Shown: one piece after another, positions 1 through 17,878 of the stretch
Layout: each line of letters opens with the position of its first letter
How positions within the stretch are numbered: position 1 is the first letter of the stretch
DNA from: Gracilinanus agilis
Lineage: Eukaryota
Length of the DNA: 64,000 bases
Direction: 5' to 3'
Assembly: GCF_016433145.1 (NCBI RefSeq)
Contig: NC_058132.1
Location: 8,523,705-8,587,704 of the forward strand
The notes under the pieces: generated by a model
Seen by the model: the letters and a program-made list of their open reading frames with translations, nothing else
Database searches by the model: none
Told to the model about the DNA's origin: nothing
Made by a program: the position numbers and the translations under genes

Positions 1-673
1 TGTAGCCTCAGGGGCACCTGATTTTCAGGCCCTCCTCTCCAAGGAAGCAGTAAACATGGAAGTGGGGACCTCTAGCACAGAGGCCAAACCTCACCCCGGA
101 GTTGCCACTAATAACAATCCGATTCTGGAAATCACGACCTTTTTTACGGAAACAAACGCGCCCACTGAGAGCTGGTGGTCCTTTATATCCGTAGGGCCTT
201 CGACCTGGAGGCTGGCACCTCCTCTAGGGGCTTCCTCCCCCAGCGGACTGTGAGCTCCTCGGGGGGCTCCCCGCCCTCAGCCCAGGAAGTACTTAAGTAA
301 CCAAGGCCTTTCCGGGCATTCCCATAAGAGGCAGTAGCACCTTCGCCCATTCTGAAGGGGCCTGGGCCTCTCAGAGGTGGAAGGGGGAGTGGAGGGGGCA
401 ATCGGGGCGTAAGGGAACAGCCTGGGCAAAGGCATGCTGGCTGGAAATGCCAGCTGACTCCGGCAGAGCTCTCTGACTCTCCCGCCCCGCCCCCGAGTGT
501 GCGTGGATCTCGCACATGCAAACACGCGCACATACAGACACACACACCTCTCTCTCCATTCCAGACCTGCCCCTTCCCCGGTTGCCCCCCCACTTCTCAC
601 ACCTGCCCCCGGCCCGCAGCTCCTGGCAGACCCCTACCCCCACCCCCCCGCGGAGACCGCAGCCCATCCGTAC

Positions 674-685
674 CGTGGTTGCCAT
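674..685 (-). CDS. RUVBL2: RuvB-like AAA+ ATPase 2, first coding exon only (MATT); the rest lies outside the window
   Basis: Minus strand ATGGCAACCACG then GT donor (GTACGG). Matches the 12-nt first coding exon recalled for human RUVBL2 (MATV). Head-to-head with GYS1, as in human. Confidence 0.8.
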
Positions 686-1271
686 GTCGCACTCCAACTG
701 CCGCTCAGCCGCCACTGGACCGGAAGCGGAAGCGTCCCCTAACTCCGCCCTGCCCGGGCCGCTCGGCGACTCTAGGCTGAAGTGGTCCTCCGGCTCATCT
801 CTGTGGAACGTGGAAAGAAGGGGGAGGGGGTGCAGCCTAGAGCTCTGGCAAGCCGGAAAATGTCGACACTTCCCCTTTAAGAACTGCACGTCCCCCACGC
901 GTCCTTGCGCTCCTCTGGGTACCTGCGCCCCGTCTTGGCCGGCATCCCGGAGACGGACATGAGACTCAACCAATGGGAGCACGCGCCCACAGCGGGCCGG
1001 TCCCACTCGGAGGGCTCCGGAGCCAGGATTCTAACCAATCGGGGCTCTCGGCTTCCCCCTCCCCTCCGATGCCGGCTCGATCTGGCCCGGGCCAGCGCGA
1101 GGATCGAGGCAAGCCAATCAGGAGGCACCGTCCGGGGCGCCCCAATGGCGGGTGAGGAGGCGGGGCGAGGCGCCGGAGAGCCGAAGGGTCCGGCTGCGGC
1201 TGCGGCCCGGGGCTCAGAGCCTCCGCCTCAGTCTGCGTCCAGTCCGCCCCGAGTCTTGCGGGTCCGCCGCC
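686..1271. promoter_or_regulatory. RUVBL2/GYS1 bidirectional CpG-island promoter
   Basis: CpG-rich. Tandem ETS-type CCGGAAGCGGAAG near 720, GC boxes, and four CCAAT boxes (about 970, 1035, 1114, 1142) between two divergent ATGs. Confidence 0.8.
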
Positions 1272-7806
<6,535 letters not shown>

Positions 7807-8149
7807 CTGGGGCCTCCCTTTCCCCAGCCTCCCTCCCAGGCTTTGCCTCGTTTGTCCTCTCCAGCCTGGGAGCTGGGAGGCCTGCAGGGGGGCCCTTAGA
7901 GGTCCTCTTCCCTCTCCCTCTTGGCAGCTCCAGTCATACACTCCAGAGCCCTGAGTTTGGGACTGCCTCCCTCTCCCTGCTGGCTATCACACACTCCCAG
8001 AAGATGCCCCACCCTGGGCCCCTTAGACTGGCTCCTGGCCAGAGCCCTGGTTGTGCCAGCCCCAGGCTAGGGGCAGGGTGGGGTCTGGGTGGCCTGGGGC
8101 CTCTCACCCTGATGGATCCGTCCTTGGAAAAGGCCTGTATGTTTTCACA

Positions 8150-8155
8150 AATAAA
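8150..8155 (+). terminator. GYS1 polyadenylation signal AATAAA
   Basis: First AATAAA about 345 nt after the GYS1 stop. Confidence 0.8.
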
Positions 8156-8398
8156 AGGATTTTCAGCACCTGTGGCTGCCCTTCCCCCACAGCCCTGCCC
8201 AGGTGCCCCAGAGTCCTGGGGTGTGGCTTGTTAGACCGGGGAGCTTATCTGGCGGGCAGGCTGTAGTCCCAGGCTTAGGATCTGATCAGCCATCTGATCT
8301 GGAGCCTCAGGCAGGATCCTATAAACAGGCGCACCCGCCCAGCCCCAAGGAAGCACGCAGAGGTCAGGCAGCGGCCCACTGAGGGCAAGCCAAAGAGC

Positions 8399-8404
8399 TT
8401 TATT
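8399..8404 (-). terminator. FTL polyadenylation signal AATAAA
   Basis: TTTATT on the plus strand, about 30 nt past the FTL stop. Confidence 0.8.
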
Positions 8405-8435
8405 TGGGGTTCTGCACTCCTTTGCTTAAGCCCCC

Positions 8436-9421
8436 CTAGTCGTCATTCAGGCTCAGCCTCTCGAACAGGTACTCGCCCAGGCCGCCCTGGCTTTGCACAT
8501 GGCCCAGGGAGGTCAGGTGGTCACCCAGGCGCTTGAGCAGCTTCACCTCCTCCTCCAGGTAGTGGCTCTCCAGGAAGTCACAGAGCTAGGAGAGAGAAGA
8601 GCCAGTGAGCGGGATGGGGGCGGGGCACCCTGCCAGACGGCGCTGGCTCGGAGCCTCCCCCGGGCTACTTACATGAGGATCCCCCTGGCTGGAAGCCAGC
8701 GCGTGCAGCTTCAGGAGGGTCTGGTTCAGGCCCTTTTCCAGGTTCAGCGCGGACTCGATGGCATCCCTGCTGCCGCCCCACTCGTCTTGGGCAGGTTTCT
8801 GAGGAGAACAGAAGAGTTAGGGGCCGGCCAGCCCGAGGAACTCCATTTCCCAAAAGCCCTTCCCGGAGGCTTGTAGTCCAGCTACGTACCACCACGGCCT
8901 GGAGGTGCACGCGGCCCCCACGCTGGTTCTGGAGGCGCAGGAGGCGCTCGGCGTCCTCGCGCTTCTCCCTGGACAGTTCCCGGAAAAAGGTTGACATCTT
9001 GGCCAGGGCGACATCGTCCCGGTCGAAATAGAAACCCTATAGGGTAAACATAAGCGGCTGCAGGCAGGGAAGGAGGAGATTCGCGCGTGCGCGCGGACTC
9101 CGGACCCCCCCCCCCCACCGTGCCTTTTCCTCCCAGACTAAACAAGAACAAAGGGCGCGCGGCAGAGGCACAGGAGCTTCGCAGGAACGAGGGGCGCGCG
9201 CGGGGGCCGAGCATGCGCAGTCCTGGTGGGTGCTGGGAGCAAGGGGCCCTGGCCACGGGGCCCAAGGTGGCGCACAGGCCGGGGAATTAGGCGAAGGGCT
9301 CCCCGAGCCTCACCAGGGACAGGTAGGTGTAGGAGGCCTGCAGGAAGAGGTTGGCCAGGCGGTTGACAGCGGCCTCGGCCTCGGGGGAGTAGTTCTGGCG
9401 GATCTGGGACGTGGAACTCAT
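8436..9421 (-). CDS. FTL: Ferritin light chain, 4 exons, 176 aa
   Basis: Exons 9421-9314, 9036-8890, 8798-8673, 8585-8436, all [16 protein letters not shown]...[21 protein letters not shown]...[15 protein letters not shown]...[14 protein letters not shown]-type residues (F and K instead of the H-chain ferroxidase Glu). IRE upstream; lies between GYS1 and BAX. Confidence 0.96.
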
Positions 9422-9540
9422 GGCAGCGGCGGCGGAGAGGGGGTTGGTCCCGGATGCTGGTGGCAGCTGGTCCCGGAAGCTGGTGACGGCTAGAGCCCCA
9501 GGGGATAGTGGTCTGCAGGAAGACGAGAGGTTCCGGATAG

Positions 9541-9570
9541 GTTCCGTCCAAACACTGTTGAAGCAAGAAC
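9541..9570 (-). promoter_or_regulatory. Iron-responsive element in the FTL 5'UTR
   Basis: Minus strand GTTCTTGCTTCAACAGTGTTTGGACGGAAC: CAGTGT loop (9552-9557), 5-bp upper stem and unpaired C, near-identical to the recalled ferritin L IRE. Confidence 0.95.
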
Positions 9571-9615
9571 CAGAGCCGGGAAACGCGGTCTAAAGCAGTA
9601 GCCCGGGGCCGAGTT

Positions 9616-9740
9616 CTTATAGCTCCGTATATGGGCGTGTCGTCGGGGGCGGGGACTGTGGGTATGGGCGGGGCCTGATGGGCCACGGCCCAATCCCGCA
9701 GCGCAGAGCGAGAATCCGGGGAACAGGCAGCCAATGGAGG
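9616..9740 (-). promoter_or_regulatory. FTL core promoter (TATA, GC box, CCAAT)
   Basis: TATAAG on minus at 9616-9621, GGGGCGGGG near 9646-9654, CCAAT near 9690 and 9731. Confidence 0.7.
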
Positions 9741-10169
9741 AGCTCGGGCTGCCCCTGGATGAGAGGCGGGAAAGCAGGGAGAGGGACTGCGCGCGCGCAC
9801 TAGAAGGGAGGGGGAGACGGAGGACGGTCACGTGCGGGTCCGGGCCAAGATCGGAGCTCCGAAGGGGCGGGGTGGACAAAAGGAGTGAAGGGCTGGCCTG
9901 ATGGACTTCGTAGGGCCGCTCTTCCTCCTTCCACCGTTAAACGAGAGCCTTATGGGACCGAGCGGAAACCGAGACACGGAGCATAGGGAACTGCCGAGAG
10001 TAGATAGTGGGCACTGGGGGCCAGACTTGAACACAGACCCTGGGGCTAAGTTCAGTTTCTGCTGTAGCCCTGGCTCCAAGACCGCGGGGAGTGGGGGGTT
10101 TGTGGATCTAGGACCGGGCTGTTGTTGACTGGAATAGAAAGATTTCGTGTTCGGGATGGGGGGGAGGTC

Positions 10170-10215
10170 AGCTGAGTCATGCTGAGCTCAGGGAGAGGGG
10201 GCAGTGCTGAGTCAT
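10170..10215 (-). promoter_or_regulatory. FTL antioxidant response element (ARE/MARE), two copies
   Basis: GCTGAGTCATGCTGAGC at 10171-10187 and TGCTGAGTCAT at 10205-10215 (reverse complement ATGACTCAGCA, the NRF2/BACH1-MAF consensus), about 600 bp upstream of the FTL TATA box. Confidence 0.75.
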
Positions 10216-10941
10216 GTCCAGCTCAGCTCTTGGGGATGGTGGGGGGGTCACTCCCCACTAGTAGGAACTTCCTCTTGTGTGGGGATGCTGGTCTGATGGA
10301 GGGGAGAGAGAGCCTCCCCTCCTCCCAGGCTGCCGGCCAGCCCCGGGGTCTGCCCCTCATCCAACACATCTATGTAGCATTCCGTGTATCACGGAGGTGC
10401 CGCTGTAGCTTTGCTGTCTCCCTGTCAGAATGGAAGTTCTCCATCTCGCCTTGCCTAGGCACAGTGCCTGACTCACAGGAAACTTTAACAGGTGTTTGTT
10501 GATTGGCTGTTTGACCCCTCCATTCTTCCTGGTAGTTGCTGTGTCTGACCTCTTGGGGTCCTCTGCTGCCTCCAGCCCCGAGGTTTCCCCAGTGTTTTTT
10601 TCCTCAAGCCTCTAAGCTGGGTCAGTGGGGGCAGCAGAGGAGGGGAACAAAAGGTCTTCAGGCCTGGGGCTCAGGCTTATCCATTTACCAACTCCCCTAC
10701 TCTGCTGCAGCAGGGACCTTCCTGATGGCCTTTGACCAGGGCCAGGCCCCACCTTCCTGCCCCAGCCACACTGGGGCCAGGTGCCAACAGGGAAGTGAAC
10801 TGGTCCAGGCCCACATGCAGGAAGCTCCAGGCCTCACTCTGCCTGCTGTTTTACAGAAGGGGAAACTGAGACCCGGAGACCAATCCCATGATGAGGCAGC
10901 ACAGTAAAAGAAGCACCTCAGCAGAACCTGCTCCAAAGTTG

Positions 10942-10947
10942 TTTATT
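10942..10947 (-). terminator. BAX polyadenylation signal AATAAA
   Basis: TTTATT on the plus strand, about 225 nt past the BAX stop. Confidence 0.7.
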
Positions 10948-11170
10948 GGCCAAGGTTAACACTCATCCCACCACCTCTTAGCCCGAAGAACATCTCCTTT
11001 GGGGCACTACCAGAGGCCCTGGGACACTCCCCAAAATAATTACAAAAGTAAGAAAAATGTGCCTCCCTCCCCTCCCCCCAATATTGGAAAACCCATAATT
11101 TAGCCTAAAAACAGACAGTCCAAAGAGAGCCGGGGTGAGGGGGGGGGGCAGCCAGGCCCCCAAGCCCTCC

Positions 11171-12489
11171 CTAGGACATCTTCCAGATGGTAAGGGAAGC
11201 GGTGAGGATGCCGGCCACGAAGATGGTCACAGTCTGCCAAGTTGGTGTCCCGAAGTAAGAGAGGAGGCCGTCCTGTGGGGAGAGGCCCAGGAGATTACCA
11301 GGAAGTCAAGGGCCATGAGGGAAGGGGAGGGGGGGGGTCGGCCAGCATTTGGGGTCACTGGGAGGCCAAGGGAAAGAGGGAAGACACGGGGTGGGGCGGG
11401 TGCATACCCAGCCACCCTGTTCCTGGATCCAGGTGAGCAGCCGTTCTCTCAAGAAATCTAGGGTCCAGCCCACAATGGTTCGGATCAGCTCAGGGACCTT
11501 GGTGCAAAGCGCCTGGGGGCGTGAGTAAGGGGGTTAGGCAAAGAGGCCCGGCCCACCCTGGCCCCGCCCCCCGCCCCCATCCACACGCACCTTGAGCACC
11601 AGCTTGCTGGCAAAATAGAAGAGGGCCACCACCCGCCCCCAGTTGAAGTTCCCATCGGAAAACATCTCGGCTGCCACTCGGAAGAACACCTCCCGGGGGG
11701 AGTCGGTCTCCACCGCGGCGATCATCCTGGGGCGGGGAGGGGATACTGAGGGGGGCCCCGGGGACAGAGATGGGGAGTGGGGCGGGGTTGGAGGGGGAGC
11801 AACTTGGAGAGGGGCCCCGGAGGGGTACCACTCGAGGAGGGCTAGGCAGAGATGGGGCGGGGCAAGGCTGGGGTAACGTTCGCACTCTGGGGGCCAGAGG
11901 GGGCGGTAGCATCGAGGGGGCCCGGGGAACCCGCTACCTCTGAAGCTCCATGTTGCTGTCCAGCTCGTCCCCGATCCTCCGCAGGCACTCGGTAAGCCGC
12001 TTGGTTCTGGGGTCTGAGGGCAGCGGGGCCGAGTCCCCCATGGAGTCCAGGAGCAGCTCGGGGGCGCCACCCGCCACCCGGCCCGCCCGGTCCTGGATGA
12101 ACCTGTAGGGAGAGGAGGGGGCGCTGAGCCCCCCGGGTTCCCCGCCCAGCCCCAGCCCCGCCCCGGCCCGGGACTCCCCGCTCACCCCTGCAGCAACACG
12201 GCCCCAGTCCTCATGATCTGCTCCGAGCTCGTGGCCCCTACAGAAGGAAGACGCGGGGGTCGGAGGGGTAGCGGCCAGGACGGCCCGGCCCCGACTCGCT
12301 CCCTCCCTCCCTCTCCGGCGGCAAGTCCGGGCAGGCCCCAACCTGGTCAGGGCCCGGAGGCTGGACCCCGGCAAGGAGCCGCCGAGCCCCAGCCCCGCGG
12401 CCTGCCCTCGCTCTGCCTCGGCCCTACTTCCCCAGCGCGTCCTTACCCAGATCACCCCCGCCGCGCGGCTGCTCTCCGGAGCCGTCCAT
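11171..12489 (-). CDS. BAX: Apoptosis regulator BAX, 6 exons, 197 aa (200 aa if the distal exon-1 donor is used)
   Basis: Exons 12489-12456 (or -12447), 12237-12186, 12102-11938, 11726-11591, 11512-11408, 11272-11171. MDGSGEQPRGG; BH3 CLRRIGDELDSNMELQR; BH1 DGNFNWGRVVALFYF; BH2 WIQEQGGW; TM GTPTWQTVTIFVAGILTASLTIWKMS*. Confidence 0.97.
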
Positions 12490-12559
12490 CGCTCCGCTGC
12501 CTCCGCCGCTGCCGCCTGTGGCCGGGCGCGCCGGGGAGGCAAAGGCTTCCCCTCGACCC

Positions 12560-12665
12560 CGCCCATCGTCCGTCACGTGACTCGCCCGGCCCCATCCCTG
12601 CCTGCGCTCCGCCCCTGTCACGTGATGCGCCCGGCCCCTGGTAAGCAAACTTCGCACGTGTCTAC
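12560..12665. promoter_or_regulatory. BAX proximal promoter with three CACGTG E-boxes and GC boxes
   Basis: GTCACGTGAC at 12572-12581, GTCACGTGA at 12617-12625, GCACGTG at 12654-12660; CCCGCCC motifs. Confidence 0.7.
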
Positions 12666-13544
12666 GGAAGCCCCGCCCCGGTCGGGCTCCCGCGCTTTCC
12701 TCTTAAAGGGGCCGCACCTTTGTTCGCTGTCACCGCCCCCCCCTTCCCAGGTTGTCTAAGACGCGCACAAACGGGGGGGCCTGGTACAGTACGATCTGTG
12801 TGCTTTCAACTAGCATCCCACTAATTCTTCGGGTGGGCCAGGCGCTGGGTCCGCCCTCGGCGGGGCCAACACTCCCAGTTCACCTCCCAGCCCTGCTCTG
12901 CCAGCTGTGGATCACCCCAGGCTCATCCTGCCCGCCTCCCTTTCGGCCGGGGAGCTCCCCAGGCCCGAGTTCATCCTCCCCTGTGCCCAGCCCTGCACCA
13001 CGCATGCAGCGGGCGCATAATAAACGCTGGGGGTGCCCGGAGGGGGAAGGTTATTTGCTCAGAAGCCAGGGTGCCACCAGGAGACTTCTGCAGGGACCAA
13101 AGGCAGAGACATGGTGAGGCCCCGATCTGCACTCCTACCTGAACCTCCCGGCCTGGGCCGGAGGATGGACCCTCCTGGACCCGGAAACCCCTTCCACTGG
13201 GAGGGGGAGGGGGGAATCAGCCCCCGGGGACCCCAGCTCTGGGCAACAACCCAATGCAGCTGATGCCTCAGGAGGCCCAAACTGAGGATGAACCCTCCCA
13301 CCCACAGCCAGGGTCCAGGGCCCGAGGCTGTTTTCCATCCTAAGCCCTCCTTCTTTCCAGGGCAGTGTCTCTGGCCTTGGAGCCTCCCCCCAGACCTCAG
13401 TCCTAGGCCAAAGGGCCATTGGAGGCATCTCCCTTCCTGCTGGAGCAATGGAGTCTATTCTCCTCCACACAAAAATCACCGGGTAGGGCACCAAAGCCCC
13501 CATCCCAGTGCTGAAAAGCAGGCATATTAAGGCTTCCTTTCCCA

Positions 13545-16500
13545 TCAGATTGCAGTAAAGATGACATTAAGGAAAGCTGGATGACAAACTCATTGGAAAC
13601 TAAAGGATCTAATCCTAAAGGAGCCAGCCATAGAAACCATAGATAACTTCACTAAAGAGAATGATGGTGACAGTGAGACAATACCAACTTTTATGGGATG
13701 TAACCAAAGGTGGGGAGGGGGGAATTGATGTTTATATCGCTAAAAGCTTGCATTAATAAAACAGAGAGCAGATCAATAAGGAATTGGCAATGCAACTGGA
13801 AAAAGAACAATTTAAAATCTCTGTTTCAACATCAAATTGGAAAGCTTGAAAATCAAAGGAGAGATGAGCAAAAGTGAAAGTAAAAAACCCCACCAAACTA
13901 ATAAAACCAGGAGCTGTTTTTATGAAAAAAAATCAATAAAATTGATAAGCAATCATTGATTGGTAGGTTGATTGAAAAGAAGACCAATGAAAGCAATTAT
14001 TAGGGGCTATTTTGCCAAATGATATGCCCATAAATGTGACAATCTAAGTGAAACAGAGGAATATTTACAAAAATATAAATTGCCCAGATAAATAGAAGAG
14101 GGGATAGAATACTTAAATAACCTTGTCTTAGAAAAAGAAATTGAATGAGTTATCACTGAACTCCCTAAGGACCCAGATGGATCGACAATTGAATTCTACC
14201 AAAAATTTTAAAAATGATTATTTCCAACACTATATAAACTATTTGGGAAAATAGGCAAAGGAATCCTACTAAATTCCTTTTCCAGGGCTCTGATATCTAA
14301 ACCAGGGAGCCCTAAAAGAAAGAAAGAAAACTATAGACCAATTTCTGTAATGAATATTGATGCAAAAATTTTAAATAAAATACCAGCAAGGAGATAACAG
14401 CAATATGTCACAAGGATCATATAGTATAACCCAGTCAGCAAAAAGGATAATGTTCTTAAATTAGCTTTATCTGGATTATAATCGAGTCAATTATGCCTTT
14501 TTTCATTTAATCCAATAAATTCTAATTGGAAGTTGATGAGTTGTAACTGCTGATTTAATAGCAAGTGATAGTTTCAGTTGTTCCTTGACTGTGAAAGTTA
14601 CCATAAGTCATGCAATCAAATAATAAGGATAATTAAGTACATATGACTGTTGACCATTATAATCTCTGACTTTGAGAGGGATGGCAGGCCTTACAAACAC
14701 TCACAGGTCATCGTATTGCTTAAGTCTGTTGATAAGTACCTGATGTCTTGTCTCAGCATCCTGGGACACAGGGAAAGATGACCTTGAAATTACATCACAA
14801 GAACTGGTACAGAAACAGGCTAGTTCTAGTACAAAGCCTATGCTTCTTGGTGCAAAGAGCAACCTTTTTGTGGTTTTATCATGTTCACACTGTCCATCTG
14901 GGGTCCATCGTACCAGATCACATACATCTAGATGGGGAGACCTGGGCAAAAACTGTACCTCCTCACCCCTTTGGAAATGAAAGTCTTTTACATAAAATCT
15001 CTTCCTGTAATGCCTTTTTGAATCTATAAATATCTGTCACTACGATGATCAGAGTTTCGGACCATGCTGGGTGTGTCTGTAAACCTCTGACTGAGCGTAA
15101 CTTGCAAGCTCACAATAAAGTCTGATTGACTACGAAGATCCATGCTCAGGCTTTTTCTGAACATGGGATTTGCAGGGCTGGTTTAATATTGGGAAAACTA
15201 TGGCCATGATTGAACACATCAGTAACAAAACCAGCAGAAATCATGTGATCATCTCAATAGATGCAGAAAAAGCTTTCGACACTAGAGCATAGAAATAAAT
15301 GGAGCATTCTTTGAAAAGATAAGTAGTATCTCTCTGTAAGCTAGAAGCCTTCCCAGTAACATCAGGGATGCAGCAAGGATGCCTGGTATCAGCACTGTTA
15401 TTCAATATTGGACTGGGGATGCTCGCTACAGTCACAGGAGAAGGGAAAGAAACTGAAAGAATTAGAACAGGCAACAAGGAACCAAAACTATGGCTCTGAA
15501 TATGCCAGAAAAGGAAAATGACTATTGTTGGAGGGGATGTGGGAAAACTGGAACCCTGATATACTATTGATGGAGCTGTGTCCTGAGCCATCCATTCTGG
15601 AGAGCGATTGGGAACCACGCCCCAAAGTGTACAAAACTCTACATAGCCTGTGACCCAGCTATGCCACTATTAGGTCTATAGTCCAAAGATATGGGGATGG
15701 GGATGAGGGGGAAGGGCCTATATGTACAATATGTATATTTATAGTAGCAAAGAATTGGAAATTGAAGGGGTGCCCATCAGTTGGGGAATGGCTGAATGAG
15801 CTGTGATTGTGATAAGATCCTATTGTGCTATAAAAAATGATGAGTAGCTGGAGGGGTGGAGGAAATTTGGCGACACTACTACATTGTTGGTGGAGCTGTG
15901 AACAGATACAACCACTCTGGAGAGCAATTTGGAGCCATGACCAAAGGGCTATTAAATTGTGCATACCCAATATGCAATACCACTACTGGGTCTATATCCC
16001 AAAGAGATCAAGGAGAGGAGAAAAGGAACTACTTATGCCAAATCTTTCTAGCAGCGCTTTTTGTGGTGGTAAAGAATTAGAAACTGAAGGGTGGTCCATC
16101 AGTGGGGGAATAGCTGAACAAGTTGTGGTATGTATACTTGCAGTGGAACACTGCTGTGCCATAAGAAATGACAAACAAAAGGTTCACAAAAAATCCTGGA
16201 AAGTCTTAGATAAACTGATAAAAAGTGAAGTGGGCAGAACCAAGAGAACTTTGTACACAGTAACAGCAATAATGCATGATCAACTGTGAATGACAGCTAT
16301 TATTAACAAGGCAAGGATCCAAGACACCTCCAAGAAACACAGAATAAAACAGACTGTTCATTGCCTTAGAAGGAACTGAAGAAGTCTGAATGCAGATTGA
16401 AGCAAACCATTTTCTATTCTATTTCCTTCATGAGTTTTTTTTTTCCTAGTATAAATGATGTATGTCTTCTTTCACAACATGACGAATATAGAAATCTGTA

Positions 16501-17700
16501 TTATGTGATAACAACATGTACAAACTACATCATATTACCTGCCATCTTGAGGAGGGGAAAGGGGAAAAAGGGAGGGAAAGATCATGGATTACAAAATGTC
16601 AGAAAATGATTTTTTAAATTTATGTCTCCATGTAATGGGGGCAATATAATAATTTTGTTATTTTAAAAATATTTTTAAATTTTTTCCTGTGGTTACATGA
16701 TTCATGTTGTCTCTCTTCCTTCTCCCCTCCCTTCTCCCAGAATTAACAAGGAATTCCACTGGATTATACATGTATTATCACTCAAAACCTATTTCCATAT
16801 TATTGATTTTTGTAATAGAGTCATCTTTTAATCTCCAAATCCCAAATCATATACCCATACAAATGATAAATTATATGCTTTTCTTCTGCTTTTCTGCTCC
16901 CACAGTTCTTTCTCTGGATGTGGAGAGTATTTTTTCTCATAAGTCCCTCAGAATTGTCCTGGATCATTGCATTGCTGCTAGTAGAGAAGTCAGTCATATT
17001 TGATCATCCCACAGTGTTTAAATTTCTGTGTAAAATGTTCTCCTGGTTCTGCTTATTTCACTTCGTAGCAGTTCATGTAGGTCTTTCTAGTTCTTATAGA
17101 AATTAAGCACTTTATCATTCCTTACACCACAATAATATTCCAGCACCATCATATATCACAAGTTGTTCAGTCATCGGGGGAATATAATAATCATAGAATA
17201 ATATAATAAATAAATATAATTATAATAATAATAAAAGAAACGATTAGCAGGGTGGTTTCAGAAAAACCTTCACGAACTGATGCAGAGTGAAATAAGCAGA
17301 ACCAGAACACTGTACACAATACTAGCAGCATTGTCAGATGATCAACTGTGAAAAACTTAGCTCGTCTCAGCAATACAATGATCCAAGACAAGTCCGAAGA
17401 ACTCATGATGAAAAATGAATCTGTCTCCGGAGAAAGAAGTGATGGAGCATGAAGACTGATGGAAGCAGACTTTTTTTTTTTCACTTTACTTTTCTTGTGG
17501 ATTTTTTGTTGATCTGTATTTCCTTTTACCACATGGCTATTATGGAAATATATTTTGTATGACTGCATTTGTGTGGCCTGTATTAAATTACTTGCCTTCT
17601 CAAGGACAGTGGGAGGGAGAGAGAAAGATGAATTCAGAACCCAAAATTCTTAGGAATTAATATTAAAATTGTCTTTTGCATAGAATTGGACATTTATAAA
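13545..17700 (+). mobile_element. Degraded LINE-1 fragments (ORF2 and 3' end; partly inverted near 16.7-17.2 kb)
   Basis: Abrupt switch to AT-rich sequence with L1 ORF2-like DNA (aactatagaccaatttc...atgaatattgatgcaaaaattttaaataaaata; atgattatctcaatagatgcagaaaaagc-like; ggagagcaatttgg...). ORFs are broken. Confidence 0.85.
14436..15163 (+). mobile_element. Solo-LTR-like insertion inside the L1
   Basis: L1 homology stops after ...tataacccagt and resumes at tgggatttgcagggctggttt. The insert has TATAAA (15025-15030), AATAAA (15114-15119) and ends in CA. The 5' boundary is approximate. Confidence 0.6.
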
Positions 17701-17734
17701 TAGATATTATATTAATTATTATTTTATTATTATA

Positions 17735-17878
17735 NNNNNNNNNNNNNNNNNNNNNNNNNNNNNNNNNNNNNNNNNNNNNNNNNNNNNNNNNNNNNNNNNN
17801 NNNNNNNNNNNNNNNNNNNNNNNNNNNNNNNNNNNNNNNNNNNNNNNNNNNNNNNNNNNNNNNNNNNNNNNNNNNNNN
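17735..17878. other. Assembly gap (N run)
   Basis: Run of N. Confidence 1.

Noticed and set aside
8161-8182. TTCAGCACC, the left half of a REST/NRSE site
   Set aside because: The right half (GGACAG) is missing; a similar weak match near 40645 also fails.
15837-16289. 150-aa ORF
   Set aside because: L1 ORF2 C-terminal remnant.
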